Source: Balanoglossus misakiensis
Taxonomy: Eukaryota > Animalia > Hemichordata
Assembly (NCBI GenBank): GCA_040954595.2
Contig: CM082588.2
Coordinates: forward strand, 8,292,844 to 8,356,843
DNA: 64,000 nt
Direction of reading: 5' to 3'
Positions 62,601 to 64,000 of the stretch are shown here, one piece after another. Made by a program: the position numbers and the translations under genes. The notes below the pieces were generated by a model. That model was not told the DNA's origin, did not search any database, and worked only from the letters and a program-made list of their open reading frames with translations. How positions within the stretch are numbered: the first letter of the stretch is position 1; each line of letters begins with the position of its first letter.

Positions 62601-64000
62601 AATGGCAGAATTGTACAGACCTATCTTTAAAATACTTCAACAAGCAGCCAACTAAACCAAAACATTCCCTTTAGAACAAATTTCAGCAGCAAGCTTATTT
62701 ATTCTGATTAGTTGAATAGACTATTGTTTGGCCAAATTCCCTGTCTAAATGTTTGTGAACACTAACCTTCTCTTTCATATCTGAATGTCTCTCCCTCTGG
62801 TAAGGTGATCGAAGACATCTGTTGGCTATCCAAAATCAAACACCGTCTGATTCCAAGGACACCAAGAACTTCTGGCCGTTCATCCAACAACGAAGACAAC
62901 TGTAGAGGGTGCTGTATTTTTATCAACAGGACGATTGGTGTCTGTGTGTCTCCCACATCAACATCTATCTCAGCTTCCAAAGTGCCGGAACCACCAAGTA
63001 GTTTTGATAAACCGATTCTGTTTTGGCGTGTGGCATAGACAGACCTGTCAGTCTCCACGGCAACAACTGCGCTCTTGTCATCTACATTCACAAACGACAC
63101 AGAGAAAGGCTCAATAAATGATATGTATTCTCATAAAAGAGAATTTTTCAACAGAATTGTTTCTCCTGCTTGAATTCTGAAGTGCCTATGAAAAGAAAAC
63201 TGCACACTCATAGCATGTCAGCTAGAAACAAAAGCAGTCACAGAAACACTCAACTTGAAAAATAAGTCTTGCCCTATGCTGTCATATCCATAAATAGTAA
63301 TTACCTTGTTTAGTCAACATTTCTCCAGGTTCTGTACACTTTTCTCCACACAAACCACAGACCTCAGAAGATTTCACTTCCGGTACATAGCCTATCAAGA
63401 TTAAAGTTACGAATTCGTCATCTCATGACATATATTCTTGATATTAATTTGCAATGTTAACAATGATCCATAAGAACTTGATTGTACAAGTGAAAAGTTT
63501 TATAAGGGGTCGGTTCGTTTTGGCTAAAGTGCAATGCATTTACATGAATCTCTTTCAAATAGGCCTTAGGCATGGATACAGGAACTTGCACGTACACGTA
63601 TTCTGCTGAAAAAAACACACAACACAGATACGAGTCTAGAACTGAAATAAACCAAAGGTTTCAGGTAAAATCCTTCAATTCAAACGAATACACAATGTTC
63701 GGCAACATTAACTAAATTGTTAAAATATTAGACTTGCCTTCCTTGAAGTACTTCAATTCTGCCAGACATAGTTGATATCTCCATGTCTCTATGGTTGTCT
63801 TCAGGTTAACGTCAGATACATTGAGTTTGTGGAGCAATTCGGGTGTGATCATGTCTGCCTTAAACAGATCTCCCAGTATCCCTTGCCTGTAGTCACGCCA
63901 TAGTCTCTCCACTGACTTTGATGTCTGGCAAGTCAATACAACATTTACACTACCCCGCTTAATTTCTTCAATTTGTATGTTTCCAACACTGTTGAGATGC
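59602..64000 (-). CDS. GT/TRADD-N-like/IFIT-like fusion protein, copy 5 (5' part outside the window)
   Basis: Exons >64000-63738, 63391-63305, 63081-62767, 62455-62039, 61509-61388, 60813-59602, all in frame. Confidence 0.78.

Overview
Eukaryotic, AT-rich, intron-containing animal DNA; a marine invertebrate is inferred from the gene content, not proven. The window is dominated by a minus-strand tandem array of five paralogs of one gene with 8 coding exons, which the ORF track shows only as disconnected pieces. Splicing by hand gives a ~1330-aa protein with all exon phases compatible. Its order is: GT-B/GT4-like glycosyltransferase domain with a degenerate catalytic motif, polar linker, TRADD-N-like domain, CxxC mini-exon, unknown 105-aa domain, coiled coil, and an IFIT-like TPR domain (the PCHFTW motif matches the IFIT N-terminus). 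Copies 2, 3 and 4 look intact. Copy 1 has a nonsense codon and no TPR exon in the window, and copy 5 runs off the right edge. The paralogs are mosaic and the TPR helices are hypervariable, so this looks like a diversifying innate-immune receptor cluster with an architecture I do not recognise as described. The window also holds a PRSS23/35-like pseudo-protease whose exon start marks the duplication breakpoints, a duplicated orphan gene (signal peptide, acidic region, cationic tail), a 21/42-bp satellite, several MITEs with target-site duplications, a solo LTR and an L2 LINE fragment. Domain names come from motif recognition only; no database search was run.
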